64,000 nucleotides of DNA from Saprospiraceae bacterium (GCA_020436935.1 JAGQWX010000018.1:19529-83528), one strand, 5' to 3'; shown: positions 49,578 through 60,407, numbered from the stretch's first letter. Translations and numbers: made by a program. Notes: generated by a model not told the origin, from the sequence alone.

Positions 49578-50645
49578 ATGAAAAGAGTTTACGTATTATT
49601 GATGCTTGCGGTATTTACTTTACCGGCTTATGCTCAGATCATGCTTGACAGCAGCTTTACGATCAGTGGATCAGCTGATGTTTATTTCAGAACAAACCTC
49701 AACAGTTCAAACACCCTCATTGAAGATGGTTATGAAACAGGGAGGACAGTAGCTCCTGGAAGTTCATTTGCAAACCTTCCTGGATTTTCATTGGGTATGT
49801 TTAATTTGATTGGCGAATATTCTTCAGACAAATATGGTTTTAAAGCTGACTTGGTTTTCGGTCCAAGAGGTAGAGATGCGGTTTTCAATTCTGAACCAGC
49901 ACTGGCCATTGTTAACCAGTTGTACGGTTGGGTAATGTTGGGTGATAAAGTAAAAGCCACTTTGGGTAACTTTAATACATACCTGGGTTATGAAGTAATT
50001 TCACCAACAGTGAATTACAACTACTCTACCTCATACATGTTCTCTTATGGTCCTTTCTCCCACACAGGTTTGAAACTTGACTTTGATTTGGGATCAGGAT
50101 TCTCTTTGACTGGTGCGTTGATGAACCCTACTGACTGGACTGACTTCAACCCATTTGGTGAGTTGAACTATGGTGCACAGTTGGGTTATGCAGGCGATGC
50201 TTTCTCAGGCTTCCTTAACTATTTGGGCGGACCTGGTTATAACCAGATCGACTTTACAGGTGGTGCTCAGGTTAGCGACAACTTTTTCCTTGGTTTGAAT
50301 GCTACTTCAGCTGTAGATTTATTCTCAGGTGTTGCATTGTATGCGCAAGTTGCTGCAAGTGAGTCCGTTGGATTTGGTTTGAGAGGTGAATATTTTGTTG
50401 ACCACGGATTAGGCATCGTTGGCGGAACTACTGATGCTTCTGAAAGTGTTATGGACTTGACACTCTCTATGAACTATACCGTTGGAAACTTCAGACTTAT
50501 TCCTGAAGTAAGAGTAGACTTATTCTCTGCTGATGATTCAGTAATCACTGATTCTGCATATAATGCGGCTGCAGATGCATACGCGCCAACTGCATTCAGC
50601 AAAAATTTGGCATCTTTTGTATTGGCTGCCGTCTACTCATTCTAA
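49578..50645 (+). CDS. Outer-membrane beta-barrel porin-like protein in the nitrogen cluster
   Basis: Signal peptide (LPAYAQ). Alternating beta-strand pattern. C-terminal aromatic residue (…AAVYSF). Sits between amt and gltB. Confidence 0.6.
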   Translation: MKRVYVLLMLAVFTLPAYAQIMLDSSFTISGSADVYFRTNLNSSNTLIEDGYETGRTVAPGSSFANLPGFSLGMFNLIGEYSSDKYGFKADLVFGPRGRDAVFNSEPALAIVNQLYGWVMLGDKVKATLGNFNTYLGYEVISPTVNYNYSTSYMFSYGPFSHTGLKLDFDLGSGFSLTGALMNPTDWTDFNPFGELNYGAQLGYAGDAFSGFLNYLGGPGYNQIDFTGGAQVSDNFFLGLNATSAVDLFSGVALYAQVAASESVGFGLRGEYFVDHGLGIVGGTTDASESVMDLTLSMNYTVGNFRLIPEVRVDLFSADDSVITDSAYNAAADAYAPTAFSKNLASFVLAAVYSF

Positions 50646-50740
50646 ACTCAACATGGCATTTTTACTTAAATGTTAAAAAATTAACCATGAACGTGTAAAT
50701 TGTTGATTGATTAATTTGCGATATGTAATAAATAACAACT

Positions 50741-50773
50741 GGTATGGATTTTCGTATTTTTGCGATCCATACC
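50741..50773. promoter_or_regulatory. 8-bp perfect inverted repeat (ggtatgga N17 tccatacc) ~50 bp upstream of gltB, within a TTTGCGAT direct-repeat pair
   Basis: Read from the sequence. tatttttg inside it fits the Bacteroidetes -7 TAnnTTTG motif. Confidence 0.2.
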
Positions 50774-50824
50774 TGTTGTTTTTAAAAGAATAATTGGAAA
50801 AATTAAAATTTTATATAAGAAACT

Positions 50825-53800
50825 TTGAAGTTGATGGAAAAAAATTTGGAGAAGCAGTCAGGCTTGTATGTGCCGGAGTTAGAATCTGATGCATGCGGAA
50901 TTGGTCTAATGGCCAATTTGAACGGGAGTCCTCTGCATACCCTGGTTGCTGATGTGTTGACTATTTTGGAAAATATGGAGCACAGAGGTGCCTGTGGTTG
51001 CGAAGCCAATACTGGAGATGGAGCGGGTATTTTGACACAAATTCCTCATGAGTTTTTTAGCATATATGCCGAAGAACAAGGTGTAAAACTTCCTTTACCT
51101 GGTAAATATGGTGTTGGTTTTGCATTTCTTCCAAAAGATTCAACTCTAAAAGCATCCTCAAAAGCCATCATTCAGGTTGTTGTTGACAACTATGATTTTG
51201 AGTTGTTCCTGGAAAGAGTAGTCCCTGTAGACAATTCGATGATTGGATTCAGCGCATTGAGCACTGAACCGGATATGGTTCAGATTTTTGTCAGTCCAAG
51301 AACAGAGATGGCAGAAAAAGACCTTGAAAGAAAACTCTATGTTTTAAGAAATGCCATTGTCAGGGCTGTTGCCAAAGCACACCCTGAGATCAGCGAACTG
51401 TTTTACTTTAGTTCGTTTTCATGTAAAACTATAGTATATAAAGGCCAGCTCACTGCGAGCCAGGTCAGACAATATTTTAATGACCTTTCAGATCACTTTT
51501 TCAAATCTGCGGTGGCCCTCGTTCACTCCAGATTTAGTACGAACACTGTACCGAAATGGAAACTGGCTCAGCCGTTCAGATGTATTGCACACAATGGTGA
51601 GATCAATACAGTTCAAGGTAATGTCAACTGGTGGAATGCCAGAGAAGGGGACCTCGAGTCCAAGGCTTTTGATGCTTCAGAGTTAAAAGTTTTAAAACCT
51701 GTATGTAGCCGGACATTATCTGATTCCGGAAACTTTGATGCTGTACTTGAATTTTTGATCCGCGACGGACTTAGTCTGCCGCATGCACTTATGATGATGA
51801 TTCCTGAGGCCTGGCACAATGATGATAGCATGCCTCAGTTCAAAAAAGATTTTTATGAATTCCACGAAGCTGTCATGGAACCATGGGATGGCCCGGCGTC
51901 TATCTGTTTTACAGATGGTAAGGTACTGGGAGCCACACTTGACAGGAATGGACTCAGACCATCTAAATACTGCCTTACTTCAGACAATTTCCTTATCCTG
52001 GCCTCTGAATCAGGGGTTTTGCCGCTCAATCAGGATAAGATCATATATAAAGGTAACCTCAGACCAGGCCAGATACTTATCGCCGATCTCGATCAGAAAA
52101 AGATCATTGGCGACGATGAATTGAAAAGAATCGTTTGCAACAACAACCCATACGGTGGTTGGTTAGAAGCAAATAGAATAAATATAGACAGCATAGAGTC
52201 CGTTAGAGTCAAAAGAGATCATGCACTTGACCTTATGACCAGACAAATTGCTCAGGGTTTTACAAAAGAAGACGAAGAGGTCATTCTGGCCTCCATGATC
52301 AAAGATGGCAAAGAGCCTATTGGATCAATGGGATCAGACATTCCTTTGGCCGTCCTTTCTACCCAAGCCCAGCACATTAGTCATTACTTTAAGCAGCAGT
52401 TTGCGCAGGTAACCAATCCTCCAATAGATCCGATTCGTGAAAGACCTTTCATGAGTCTTGAGGGATATCTGGGAGGATCTGCCAAAGTGAACGGAGCATC
52501 TGAAGCAGGTGCAAAGGTCATCAGGATCAAGTCACCGGTGTTAAATACCAAAAACTTTGGCAGGATTCTCAATTCTGAAGCTCATGGTTTTGGTGTAAAA
52601 TCTTTTGCAGCTGTATTTAATGCGGAAGAAACCGGTGATCTGAAAAAATCATTGGATGTATTGTGCCAGGATGTAGAAAATGCCGTCAAAGAAGGTGTAA
52701 AAATCATCATCATTGACAATACAGCTATTTCTGAATACCAGGCAGCTATTCCATCATTGATGGCAGTTGGAAAACTGCACCACTATCTGATCAGCAAAGG
52801 TATCAGACGCAGAGTATCTCTACTCGCTAAAACAGGCGATACAACCGAGGTTCATCACTTTGCCTGTCTTTTTGGTTATGGTGCTGATGCAGTATACCCT
52901 GAACTGACGCTTGAAACCATCGAAGACCTTGTAAGGAGTAAAGAAGACATCACATTTGAGAAAGCGGAGTACAATTATAGCAAGGCAGTCAACGAAGGCC
53001 TTTATAAAGTAATGTCCAAACTAGGCATCTCTACCATGCTCTCCTACAAAGGTGCGCAGGCGTTTGAAGCGGTGGGCATATCTACTGAAGTAATAGACTA
53101 TTGTTTCAAAGGTACAGTTTCCAGAATTGAAGGAATGACCTTTGAGCAACTCGCGAAAGAATGCCTCCACTATCATTACCTGGCATTCAATGTAGAAGTT
53201 TCTGAACTCATTGAGTCAGGAAGATATCAGTGGAAAAGAAGGGGTGAATTCCACCTGTTCAATCCTACATCGATTCATTTGCTGCAGCACAGTACAAAAT
53301 CAGGGGATTACAATCTCTACAAAAAATATACAGAAGCCATCAACGATCAGTCCAAAAAGGCCTGTACTTTGAGAAGCTTGTTTAAGATCAAAAAAGGGAA
53401 AGGTATTCCTATCGAGCAGGTCGAGTCTGTTGAGTCGATCATGAAGAGATTTGCTACCGGAGCAATGTCATTTGGGTCCATCTCTGAAGAAGCACATACC
53501 ACTCTTGCCATTGCCATGAACAGGATTGGTGGCAAGAGCAACTCGGGTGAGGGAGGTGAAGATTCTGCAAGATATAAGGTCAAGCCAAACGGTGATCTCC
53601 TCAGATCAGCCATCAAACAAGTAGCATCGGGCCGCTTTGGGGTGACGATAGAATACCTCAACAATGCAGACGAACTCCAGATCAAGATGGCTCAGGGTGC
53701 AAAGCCCGGAGAAGGTGGTCAGCTGCCAGGCCATAAGGTAGATGATACCATCGCCAGAATTAGAAACAGTACGCCCGGAGTAGGACTTATATCTCCTCCT

Positions 53801-55360
53801 CCGCACCACGATATTTATTCCATCGAAGATCTTGCTCAGCTGATATTCGATTTGAAAAACTCCAACAGAGATGCGAGAATTTCCGTAAAACTGGTATCAA
53901 AAGCCGGTGTAGGTATCATCGCATCCGGTGTTGCAAAAGCACACGCTGACCACATCCTGATCTCAGGTCACGATGGCGGTACAGGCGCTTCACCTTTGAG
54001 TTCGATCATGCACGCAGGTTTGCCATGGGAACTTGGTCTTTCTGAGACCCATCAGACCCTTGTCAAAAATGGTCTCAGAGACAGAGTTGTCATCCAGACC
54101 GACGGTCAGATCCGTACAGGAAGGGACATGGCGATTGCTACCATGCTCGGTGCAGAAGAGTGGGGTATTGCTACGGGAGCTCTTGTGGTCAGTGGATGTA
54201 TCCTCATGAGAAAATGTCACCTCAATACTTGTCCGGTAGGTGTTGCTACCCAGGACCCGGATTTGAGGGCCAAATACGAAGGTAAGGTCGAGTATCTGAT
54301 CAACTTTTTCAACTTCCTGGCTCAGGATCTTAGAGAGATCATGGCAGAACTGGGAGTAAGAAGCGTCAATGAACTCGTAGGAAGAACCGATCTACTTGAA
54401 GCCGACATCAAAGGAAGGCACTGGAAATACGACAACCTGGATTTGTCAAATGTATTCCATAAAGAGAAATCTCCAAAAGGTTATGAGCACCAGACGAACT
54501 ATCAGTCAGTAGCTCAGGACCATGGTATCGACCTCGTTCTGGACAGACAACTCATCAAATATTCTGAACTGGCCATATCTGACAGGATACAAATCAACAG
54601 CGTATTTGCAGTCAAGAGTACTGACAGAGCGGTTGGAACCATGTTGTCTTCTGAGATTGCAAAAAGATATGGACTTAAAGGTTTGGAACCGGAATCTATA
54701 AAATTCAGATTCAGGGGTTCGGCAGGACAAAGTTTCGGAGCATTCGGAGCGCGAGGCATAGAATTCCTTTTGGAGGGTGAAGCCAATGACTACTTCGGTA
54801 AGGGATTGAGTGGAGCTACATTGATTGTTGTTCCAGACAGGAATGCTTCTTTTGATCCATCAGAAAACATCATCATCGGTAATGTTGCATTTTTTGGTGC
54901 TACATCCGGACAAGCTTACATCAAAGGCTTGGCAGGAGAAAGATTCTGTGTAAGAAACAGTGGAGCTGAAGTAGTTGTGGAAGGAGTAGGACACAATGCC
55001 TGCGAATACATGACAGGAGGAAGAGCTGTAATTCTCGGATCTACGGGAAGAAACTTTGCAGCAGGTATGTCGGGAGGTATCGCATATATCTACGACAAGG
55101 ACAATGGCCTTGATGGCAGGGTGAATATGGAAATGGTAGAAATAGAAAGTCCGGTTGAAGAAGACTTTGAATACATCAGAACCATGGTGAGAGAACACTT
55201 CCGCCACACGAGTTCGATGAATGCACTGGCCATCCTCCAAAATTGGGATGAAGCCAAGTTTACCTTCAAAAAGGTCATTCCTACTGAGTACAAAGCAGTT
55301 ATGGAAAAAAAGAAAGCCTCAGAAGCGGCAAATGCCTCAAGAATGGCATCAACAAAGTAA
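50825..55360 (+). CDS. gltB: Glutamate synthase (GOGAT) large subunit
   Basis: N-terminal amidotransferase (ESDACGIGLMANL). FMN/Fe-S central domain. C-terminal GXGXG domain. 1511 aa. Confidence 0.95.
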   Translation: MKLMEKNLEKQSGLYVPELESDACGIGLMANLNGSPLHTLVADVLTILENMEHRGACGCEANTGDGAGILTQIPHEFFSIYAEEQGVKLPLPGKYGVGFAFLPKDSTLKASSKAIIQVVVDNYDFELFLERVVPVDNSMIGFSALSTEPDMVQIFVSPRTEMAEKDLERKLYVLRNAIVRAVAKAHPEISELFYFSSFSCKTIVYKGQLTASQVRQYFNDLSDHFFKSAVALVHSRFSTNTVPKWKLAQPFRCIAHNGEINTVQGNVNWWNAREGDLESKAFDASELKVLKPVCSRTLSDSGNFDAVLEFLIRDGLSLPHALMMMIPEAWHNDDSMPQFKKDFYEFHEAVMEPWDGPASICFTDGKVLGATLDRNGLRPSKYCLTSDNFLILASESGVLPLNQDKIIYKGNLRPGQILIADLDQKKIIGDDELKRIVCNNNPYGGWLEANRINIDSIESVRVKRDHALDLMTRQIAQGFTKEDEEVILASMIKDGKEPIGSMGSDIPLAVLSTQAQHISHYFKQQFAQVTNPPIDPIRERPFMSLEGYLGGSAKVNGASEAGAKVIRIKSPVLNTKNFGRILNSEAHGFGVKSFAAVFNAEETGDLKKSLDVLCQDVENAVKEGVKIIIIDNTAISEYQAAIPSLMAVGKLHHYLISKGIRRRVSLLAKTGDTTEVHHFACLFGYGADAVYPELTLETIEDLVRSKEDITFEKAEYNYSKAVNEGLYKVMSKLGISTMLSYKGAQAFEAVGISTEVIDYCFKGTVSRIEGMTFEQLAKECLHYHYLAFNVEVSELIESGRYQWKRRGEFHLFNPTSIHLLQHSTKSGDYNLYKKYTEAINDQSKKACTLRSLFKIKKGKGIPIEQVESVESIMKRFATGAMSFGSISEEAHTTLAIAMNRIGGKSNSGEGGEDSARYKVKPNGDLLRSAIKQVASGRFGVTIEYLNNADELQIKMAQGAKPGEGGQLPGHKVDDTIARIRNSTPGVGLISPPPHHDIYSIEDLAQLIFDLKNSNRDARISVKLVSKAGVGIIASGVAKAHADHILISGHDGGTGASPLSSIMHAGLPWELGLSETHQTLVKNGLRDRVVIQTDGQIRTGRDMAIATMLGAEEWGIATGALVVSGCILMRKCHLNTCPVGVATQDPDLRAKYEGKVEYLINFFNFLAQDLREIMAELGVRSVNELVGRTDLLEADIKGRHWKYDNLDLSNVFHKEKSPKGYEHQTNYQSVAQDHGIDLVLDRQLIKYSELAISDRIQINSVFAVKSTDRAVGTMLSSEIAKRYGLKGLEPESIKFRFRGSAGQSFGAFGARGIEFLLEGEANDYFGKGLSGATLIVVPDRNASFDPSENIIIGNVAFFGATSGQAYIKGLAGERFCVRNSGAEVVVEGVGHNACEYMTGGRAVILGSTGRNFAAGMSGGIAYIYDKDNGLDGRVNMEMVEIESPVEEDFEYIRTMVREHFRHTSSMNALAILQNWDEAKFTFKKVIPTEYKAVMEKKKASEAANASRMASTK

Positions 55361-55394
55361 TTTAATCAGTTAAATTTTCAGAAAAGTAAAATAG

Positions 55395-56858
55395 ATGGGA
55401 GACGTTCTTGGATTTAAAAAGTTTGGCAGATCTACGCCACTATCCAGAGATCCGCAGGAGAGAATCAACGATTACAAGGAAATATACATCAAGTCATCTG
55501 AAGAACATATCAGGACTCAGGGTTCCAGGTGTATGGATTGTGGTATTCCGTTTTGCCACAGTGGATGTCCGCTGGGCAACATCATACCTGATTTCAATGA
55601 CGCAGTACATAGAGGTGATTGGAAAGAAGCTTATGAAATTTTAACCATCACCAACAATTTTCCCGAATTCACAGGGAGGATTTGCCCTGCACCATGTGAA
55701 GGATCGTGTGTACTTGGAATCAACAATGATCCTGTGGCCATTGAATACATTGAAAAATCTATCATTGAACGTGCTTATAATGAAGGCTGGGTAAAGCCCG
55801 ACGAGCCTGAACGCACAGGTAAAAAAGTAGCGGTCATCGGTTCGGGCCCTGCAGGTCTTGCTGCTGCCGCCCAATTGAATAAAGCAGGACACAACGTCAC
55901 TGTATACGAAAGAAAAGACAGATTCGGAGGCCTGCTTAGGTATGGCATTCCGGATTTCAAACTGGATAAAGGAGTTGTTGACAGAAGGATAGAAGTCATG
56001 AAGGCTTCCGGCATTGAATTCAAGGCAGGCGTTTGGATCGGTGTAGACATCGATGCAGCTTCGCTTGATTCAGAATACGACGCTATCGTACTCTGCGGTG
56101 GAGCTACTGTGCCAAGAGATTTGAAAATTCCGGGAAGAGAAGCCAATGGAGTACATTTTGCAATGGATTTTCTTGAAAACTCCAACAGATACGTCGCTGA
56201 AGGTCAGAACGGCAAACCACTCATCAACGTACAGGGCAAAGACGTCATTGTCATCGGAGGTGGAGATACCGGAAGTGACTGTGTTGGTACCAGTAACAGA
56301 CAGAGGGCCAACTCCATTACCCAAATAGAATTGTTGACGAAGCCGAAATCTGAAAGAGGAGAAGCTGATCCATGGCCGTTGTGGCCTATGATATTGAGAA
56401 CTTCATCTTCTCACGAGGAAGGTTGTCAAAGAGAATGGTCCATCAATACCAAAGAATTCATCAAAGACGCAGACGGTAATCTCGCGGGCTTAAAGATTGT
56501 TGAAGTTTCCTGGGACAAAGATCCTGTGACAGGTAGATATACTTTTGTTGAATTGCCGGGTACTGAAAGTATCTTACCATGCCAGGCTGCTTTTCTTGCC
56601 ATTGGATTCCTCCATGGAGATCCAAAAGGCATCATGGCTCAACTCAATGTCGATCTGGACGAAAGAGGCAATGTACAGGCCAGCAACTATCAGACCAGCA
56701 ATAAAAAGGTCTTTACAGCGGGGGATATGCGCAGGGGCCAATCACTTGTGGTATGGGCGATCTCAGAGGGTAGGGAAGCTGCTAAAGCAGTGGACGAATA
56801 TCTCATGGGAGAACGCAGTCTGTTGGATACCAAAGAAGCAGGTTTGTTTACCATCTAG
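55395..56858 (+). CDS. gltD: Glutamate synthase small subunit (NADPH-dependent)
   Basis: Fe-S Cys cluster (CMDCGIPFCHSGCP). FAD/NAD Rossmann motifs VAVIGSGPAGLAAA and IGGGDTGSDC. Confidence 0.93.
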   Translation: MGDVLGFKKFGRSTPLSRDPQERINDYKEIYIKSSEEHIRTQGSRCMDCGIPFCHSGCPLGNIIPDFNDAVHRGDWKEAYEILTITNNFPEFTGRICPAPCEGSCVLGINNDPVAIEYIEKSIIERAYNEGWVKPDEPERTGKKVAVIGSGPAGLAAAAQLNKAGHNVTVYERKDRFGGLLRYGIPDFKLDKGVVDRRIEVMKASGIEFKAGVWIGVDIDAASLDSEYDAIVLCGGATVPRDLKIPGREANGVHFAMDFLENSNRYVAEGQNGKPLINVQGKDVIVIGGGDTGSDCVGTSNRQRANSITQIELLTKPKSERGEADPWPLWPMILRTSSSHEEGCQREWSINTKEFIKDADGNLAGLKIVEVSWDKDPVTGRYTFVELPGTESILPCQAAFLAIGFLHGDPKGIMAQLNVDLDERGNVQASNYQTSNKKVFTAGDMRRGQSLVVWAISEGREAAKAVDEYLMGERSLLDTKEAGLFTI

Positions 56859-57437
56859 GACTACCTCGATCTCATTTTTAAAGGGTTTTAATTGTAATTT
56901 CATTCCATTCTATGGGGTGCTATTAGGTTGTATGGTTGCTGAAACTGCTGAATCGCTGAACTGCTTATTTTTACTGAAAATTTTGATATGTACTTGGTCC
57001 AACCCTTTATGAGATTGAATACGCTAATTCGAACCGAGGGCTATTTATGGACAACTTATAAGATGAAAACCCTTCTTTAGGAGTGGTTGTGAGGAAAACC
57101 GGCAGTTAAAAATCACCATAAATCTTAATCCTATTTCTCATTCATAGGACTCTTGTTCCTATGTAAAATAGATTGCCTTATTCCTTGGTCCACATTTTCT
57201 CAAAATTTCTTCTCAAATCTCAGTCGTATTTTCTTCTGCAATTCCAGACCAATTCTCTTTGATGTTTGGTAAAATACGGTGTAGACAGATTCATGTTTTA
57301 ATGGATAGAGTACAATAATAAATGACCAAAATAATGATCAATATTATTTAAAATTAGTCTAAATAAACTTGCGTGTTTTGTGTTCGGTGCTTACTTTTGA
57401 CCCGTTATTTATATTGAGTCTAAATAAAAACAAAACA

Positions 57438-59786
57438 ATGAAAAGCACAATTACCCTAATGATGATGCTGATTTCTACCTTAATTTTTGCACAGCAAAGC
57501 TCCATATCAGGCAAGGTCATCGATGTACAAGGTGCTCCAATAGCGTATGCAGATGTGGTGGTCAAAGGCAGCACTATAGGAGTTTCAACCGACGAAAACG
57601 GTCAATTTGAGCTCACAAAAATCAATGGCGAGGATTTTGTCCTTCAAATATCTTTCCTTGGTTACAAGACCATTGAAGAAACCGTCAGGCTGCAGGATAA
57701 CACCTTTCAAAACAAGACCTTCGTCCTTGAAATTAACCCGGAAATGTTGGACGAAGTTGTTGTCAAAGGTAATCTTGGTCAAAACCTCTCTGTTGCCAAG
57801 TTGGGTAAAGCAGGCATAAAATCGATGGACCTCCCCCAGGCCGTATTTTCTCTTGATGAAAAAATCTTAACTGATCAGCAGGTAAGGTCCATGCAGGATG
57901 TGCTCATGAATACCAATGGCGTATACATCATGGGGGCTACGGGAGGTTATCAGGAAGAAATCGCAGGAAGAGGATTCTCTTTCAGAAGTGACAATACGCT
58001 TAAAAATGGTGTGAGGTACTTCAATGGCATGATGAGTGAATTGAGCGGAATTGAAAAAGTCGAGGTCCTCAAAGGAAGTGCTGCAATTTTATACGGTAAT
58101 GTTTCTGCTGGCGGAGTTTTGAACCTGATCACCAAAAAGCCTCGTTTTGACAGGGGGGGCGAGATTTCAATGACCACCGGAAGTTTTGGACTTACAAAAC
58201 CAGGGTTTGACATTTACGGCCCCATCAACAAAAACAAAACCCTGGCATTCCGATGGAATGGAAGTTACACCAAACAAAAAAGCTTCAGACAAGATGTCTT
58301 TTCAGAATCATTTTATCTCAACCCTTCCCTGCTTTATAGGATCAACAACAATACGGAGCTGCTCGTTGAGGCTGACTATACCCAGGATACCAGAGTGCCG
58401 GACTTTGGCGCAGGAATAGTCAATTACGAAGTCATCCCCAATTTTCCAAGAGATCGTTTTCTTGGCGTAAGATGGGGAAGGTACAATGCAAAACAGCTTT
58501 CTGCTTCTGCGTCCCTCAACCATAAATTCAGCAAAATATTGAATGGTGATGTTATGGTGGCTTACAGAAATTATGATACCCATTTATTTACAAATGCAAG
58601 ACCCAATTCAGGTGGATTGATCAAAGAAGACGGCAATTGGTCAAGAAACATCCAAAGAAGCAATGCTTCGAATGATTATTTACTGGCCCAGGCAAACCTC
58701 AGGGCTGACTTCAATACCGCAGGCATCCAGCACCGTGCATTGTTTGGTTTTGATTCAGATTATTCAAGTTCTGCCACACTGGCATACGACCAGTTTAGAA
58801 ACTATGATGTCGTCAATATTTTTGAAGACCAGCCCGCTGATGCCGGCACCAATATCCCGGAAATGACATTGAACAGGATGACCATCAACCCAGTCAACAG
58901 GTATGGTGTTTTTTTGCAGGACTTACTTTCTTTCAACGAACAGTGGAAGGTACTCGCAGGCCTTCGATACAGTCTGCAGGAATCTGTTTCTGACATTACT
59001 ACCGCTGCCACCGGAGTGACAGAATTTGGCACAAAGTCCAGCGATGGAGTATTTTCTCCAAGATTGGGCATCGTATATCAACCAGCAAAGAGACATTCTA
59101 TGTTTTTGTCATATTCCAACTCATTTGAATTGAATACTGGCGTAGATGTAAGAGGTAACGCCCTGCCACCATCTACCTATGACCAATATGAAATTGGAGT
59201 AAAAAATGACTTGTACAATGGCAATCTATCGGTCAATGTCACCGCATATGTCATCGATGTAGACAATCTCGCTCAGCAATCACTGGCCAATGGCAATACG
59301 GACAGAAATATCAAAGAATTGTCCGGGGCCATCAGGTCCAAAGGCGTGGAACTTGACCTGATGGCCACTCCAATAAAAGGCATGCGCGTTGTCGCAGGCT
59401 ATTCCTACAACCAGGCCCAATATACCAGCAGCAATATTTATATCGTAGGCGATTATCTCAGGTATAATCCCAGACATACAGCCAATGCTTCTGTGCATTA
59501 TAACTTCACTCCGGCATTCAAAGCAGGATTTACCGCTGCTTATATCGGCGAAAGATATGCCGGAAGAAATGCCCTGGCAGCCGGTTCATCTGACAACAGA
59601 AGGAATATACCTGTGGATGCCTATGCCCAACTCGATTTCTCTGCGTCCTACCAATTTGGAGCTTTTATCATTCGTGGAAAGCTCGGAAACCTCACCAACG
59701 CATACAGTTTTAATGTGCATGACGACAATAGTGTGAATCCTATAACACCAAGGAATTTTTCTGCAAGTCTTTCATACAAATTTTAG
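57438..59786 (+). CDS. TonB-dependent outer-membrane receptor with an N-terminal CarboxypepD_reg domain
   Basis: Signal peptide (LIFAQQ). ISGKVIDVQGAPIAYADVVV carboxypeptidase-regulatory-like fold. Plug (DEVVVKG..). 22-strand barrel with C-terminal …LSYKF. Preceded by a ~580-bp non-coding leader. Confidence 0.85.
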   Translation: MKSTITLMMMLISTLIFAQQSSISGKVIDVQGAPIAYADVVVKGSTIGVSTDENGQFELTKINGEDFVLQISFLGYKTIEETVRLQDNTFQNKTFVLEINPEMLDEVVVKGNLGQNLSVAKLGKAGIKSMDLPQAVFSLDEKILTDQQVRSMQDVLMNTNGVYIMGATGGYQEEIAGRGFSFRSDNTLKNGVRYFNGMMSELSGIEKVEVLKGSAAILYGNVSAGGVLNLITKKPRFDRGGEISMTTGSFGLTKPGFDIYGPINKNKTLAFRWNGSYTKQKSFRQDVFSESFYLNPSLLYRINNNTELLVEADYTQDTRVPDFGAGIVNYEVIPNFPRDRFLGVRWGRYNAKQLSASASLNHKFSKILNGDVMVAYRNYDTHLFTNARPNSGGLIKEDGNWSRNIQRSNASNDYLLAQANLRADFNTAGIQHRALFGFDSDYSSSATLAYDQFRNYDVVNIFEDQPADAGTNIPEMTLNRMTINPVNRYGVFLQDLLSFNEQWKVLAGLRYSLQESVSDITTAATGVTEFGTKSSDGVFSPRLGIVYQPAKRHSMFLSYSNSFELNTGVDVRGNALPPSTYDQYEIGVKNDLYNGNLSVNVTAYVIDVDNLAQQSLANGNTDRNIKELSGAIRSKGVELDLMATPIKGMRVVAGYSYNQAQYTSSNIYIVGDYLRYNPRHTANASVHYNFTPAFKAGFTAAYIGERYAGRNALAAGSSDNRRNIPVDAYAQLDFSASYQFGAFIIRGKLGNLTNAYSFNVHDDNSVNPITPRNFSASLSYKF

Positions 59787-59876
59787 AGGCGAGAATTATC
59801 ATTGCACTCCATTTCAAAAAAAAGAAATGAAGTTTAAACCAACAAGACATTAAATTATCAAAAGAAGAAAATAATA

Positions 59877-60377
59877 ATGAATAGTCAAACCATGAGGGTA
59901 TTGCACCGATACCTTGGATTTTTTCTGGCCGGGATTATGGCCGTATATGCACTGAGCGGTATTGTGATGATCTTCAGAGATACAGATTTTTTGAAGCAGG
60001 AAACAATCATGGAAAAAACACTTGCGCCCGGGTTGGCAGGTGAAGCATTGGGCAGAGAAATGCGCATCAGAGAATTTAAAGCTGACCGTGAAGAAGGAGA
60101 TTTGGTCTTTTTTAAAGGTGGCCAGTACAACAAAGCAACGGGTGATGCCAAGTGGACCACCAAACAACTACCTGCCGGAATAGAAAAGCTAACTAAAATG
60201 CACAAGGCAACTTCCAAAAGCCCACTGTTTTTCCTCAATATCTTTTTTGGAATTTCACTGCTGTTTTTTGTGATATCAGCTTTTTTCATGTTTGCAGTCA
60301 AATCTCCCATGTTTAAGAAAGGCATATATTATACCATAGCAGGCATAGTACTCACACTGATCATGTTGTTCGTCTAA
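59877..60377 (+). CDS. PepSY-associated TM-helix protein, partner of the TonB-dependent receptor
   Basis: MRVLHRYLGFFLAGIMAVYALSGIVM N-terminal TM motif and a C-terminal TM; 166 aa. Confidence 0.6.
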   Translation: MNSQTMRVLHRYLGFFLAGIMAVYALSGIVMIFRDTDFLKQETIMEKTLAPGLAGEALGREMRIREFKADREEGDLVFFKGGQYNKATGDAKWTTKQLPAGIEKLTKMHKATSKSPLFFLNIFFGISLLFFVISAFFMFAVKSPMFKKGIYYTIAGIVLTLIMLFV

Positions 60378-60407
60378 GATATATCGATCTGTCATCAATA
60401 ATACAGT

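Noticed and set aside
51480-55293. Numerous short ORFs on both strands inside gltB
   Set aside because: Nested within a 1511-aa gene with continuous motif support. These are chance ORFs.
57005-57045. tRNA-like T-loop motif (aattcgaacc) in the long leader before the TonB receptor
   Set aside because: The flanking sequence cannot form the T-stem, acceptor or anticodon arms, and no CCA-proximal structure is present. Not a tRNA.
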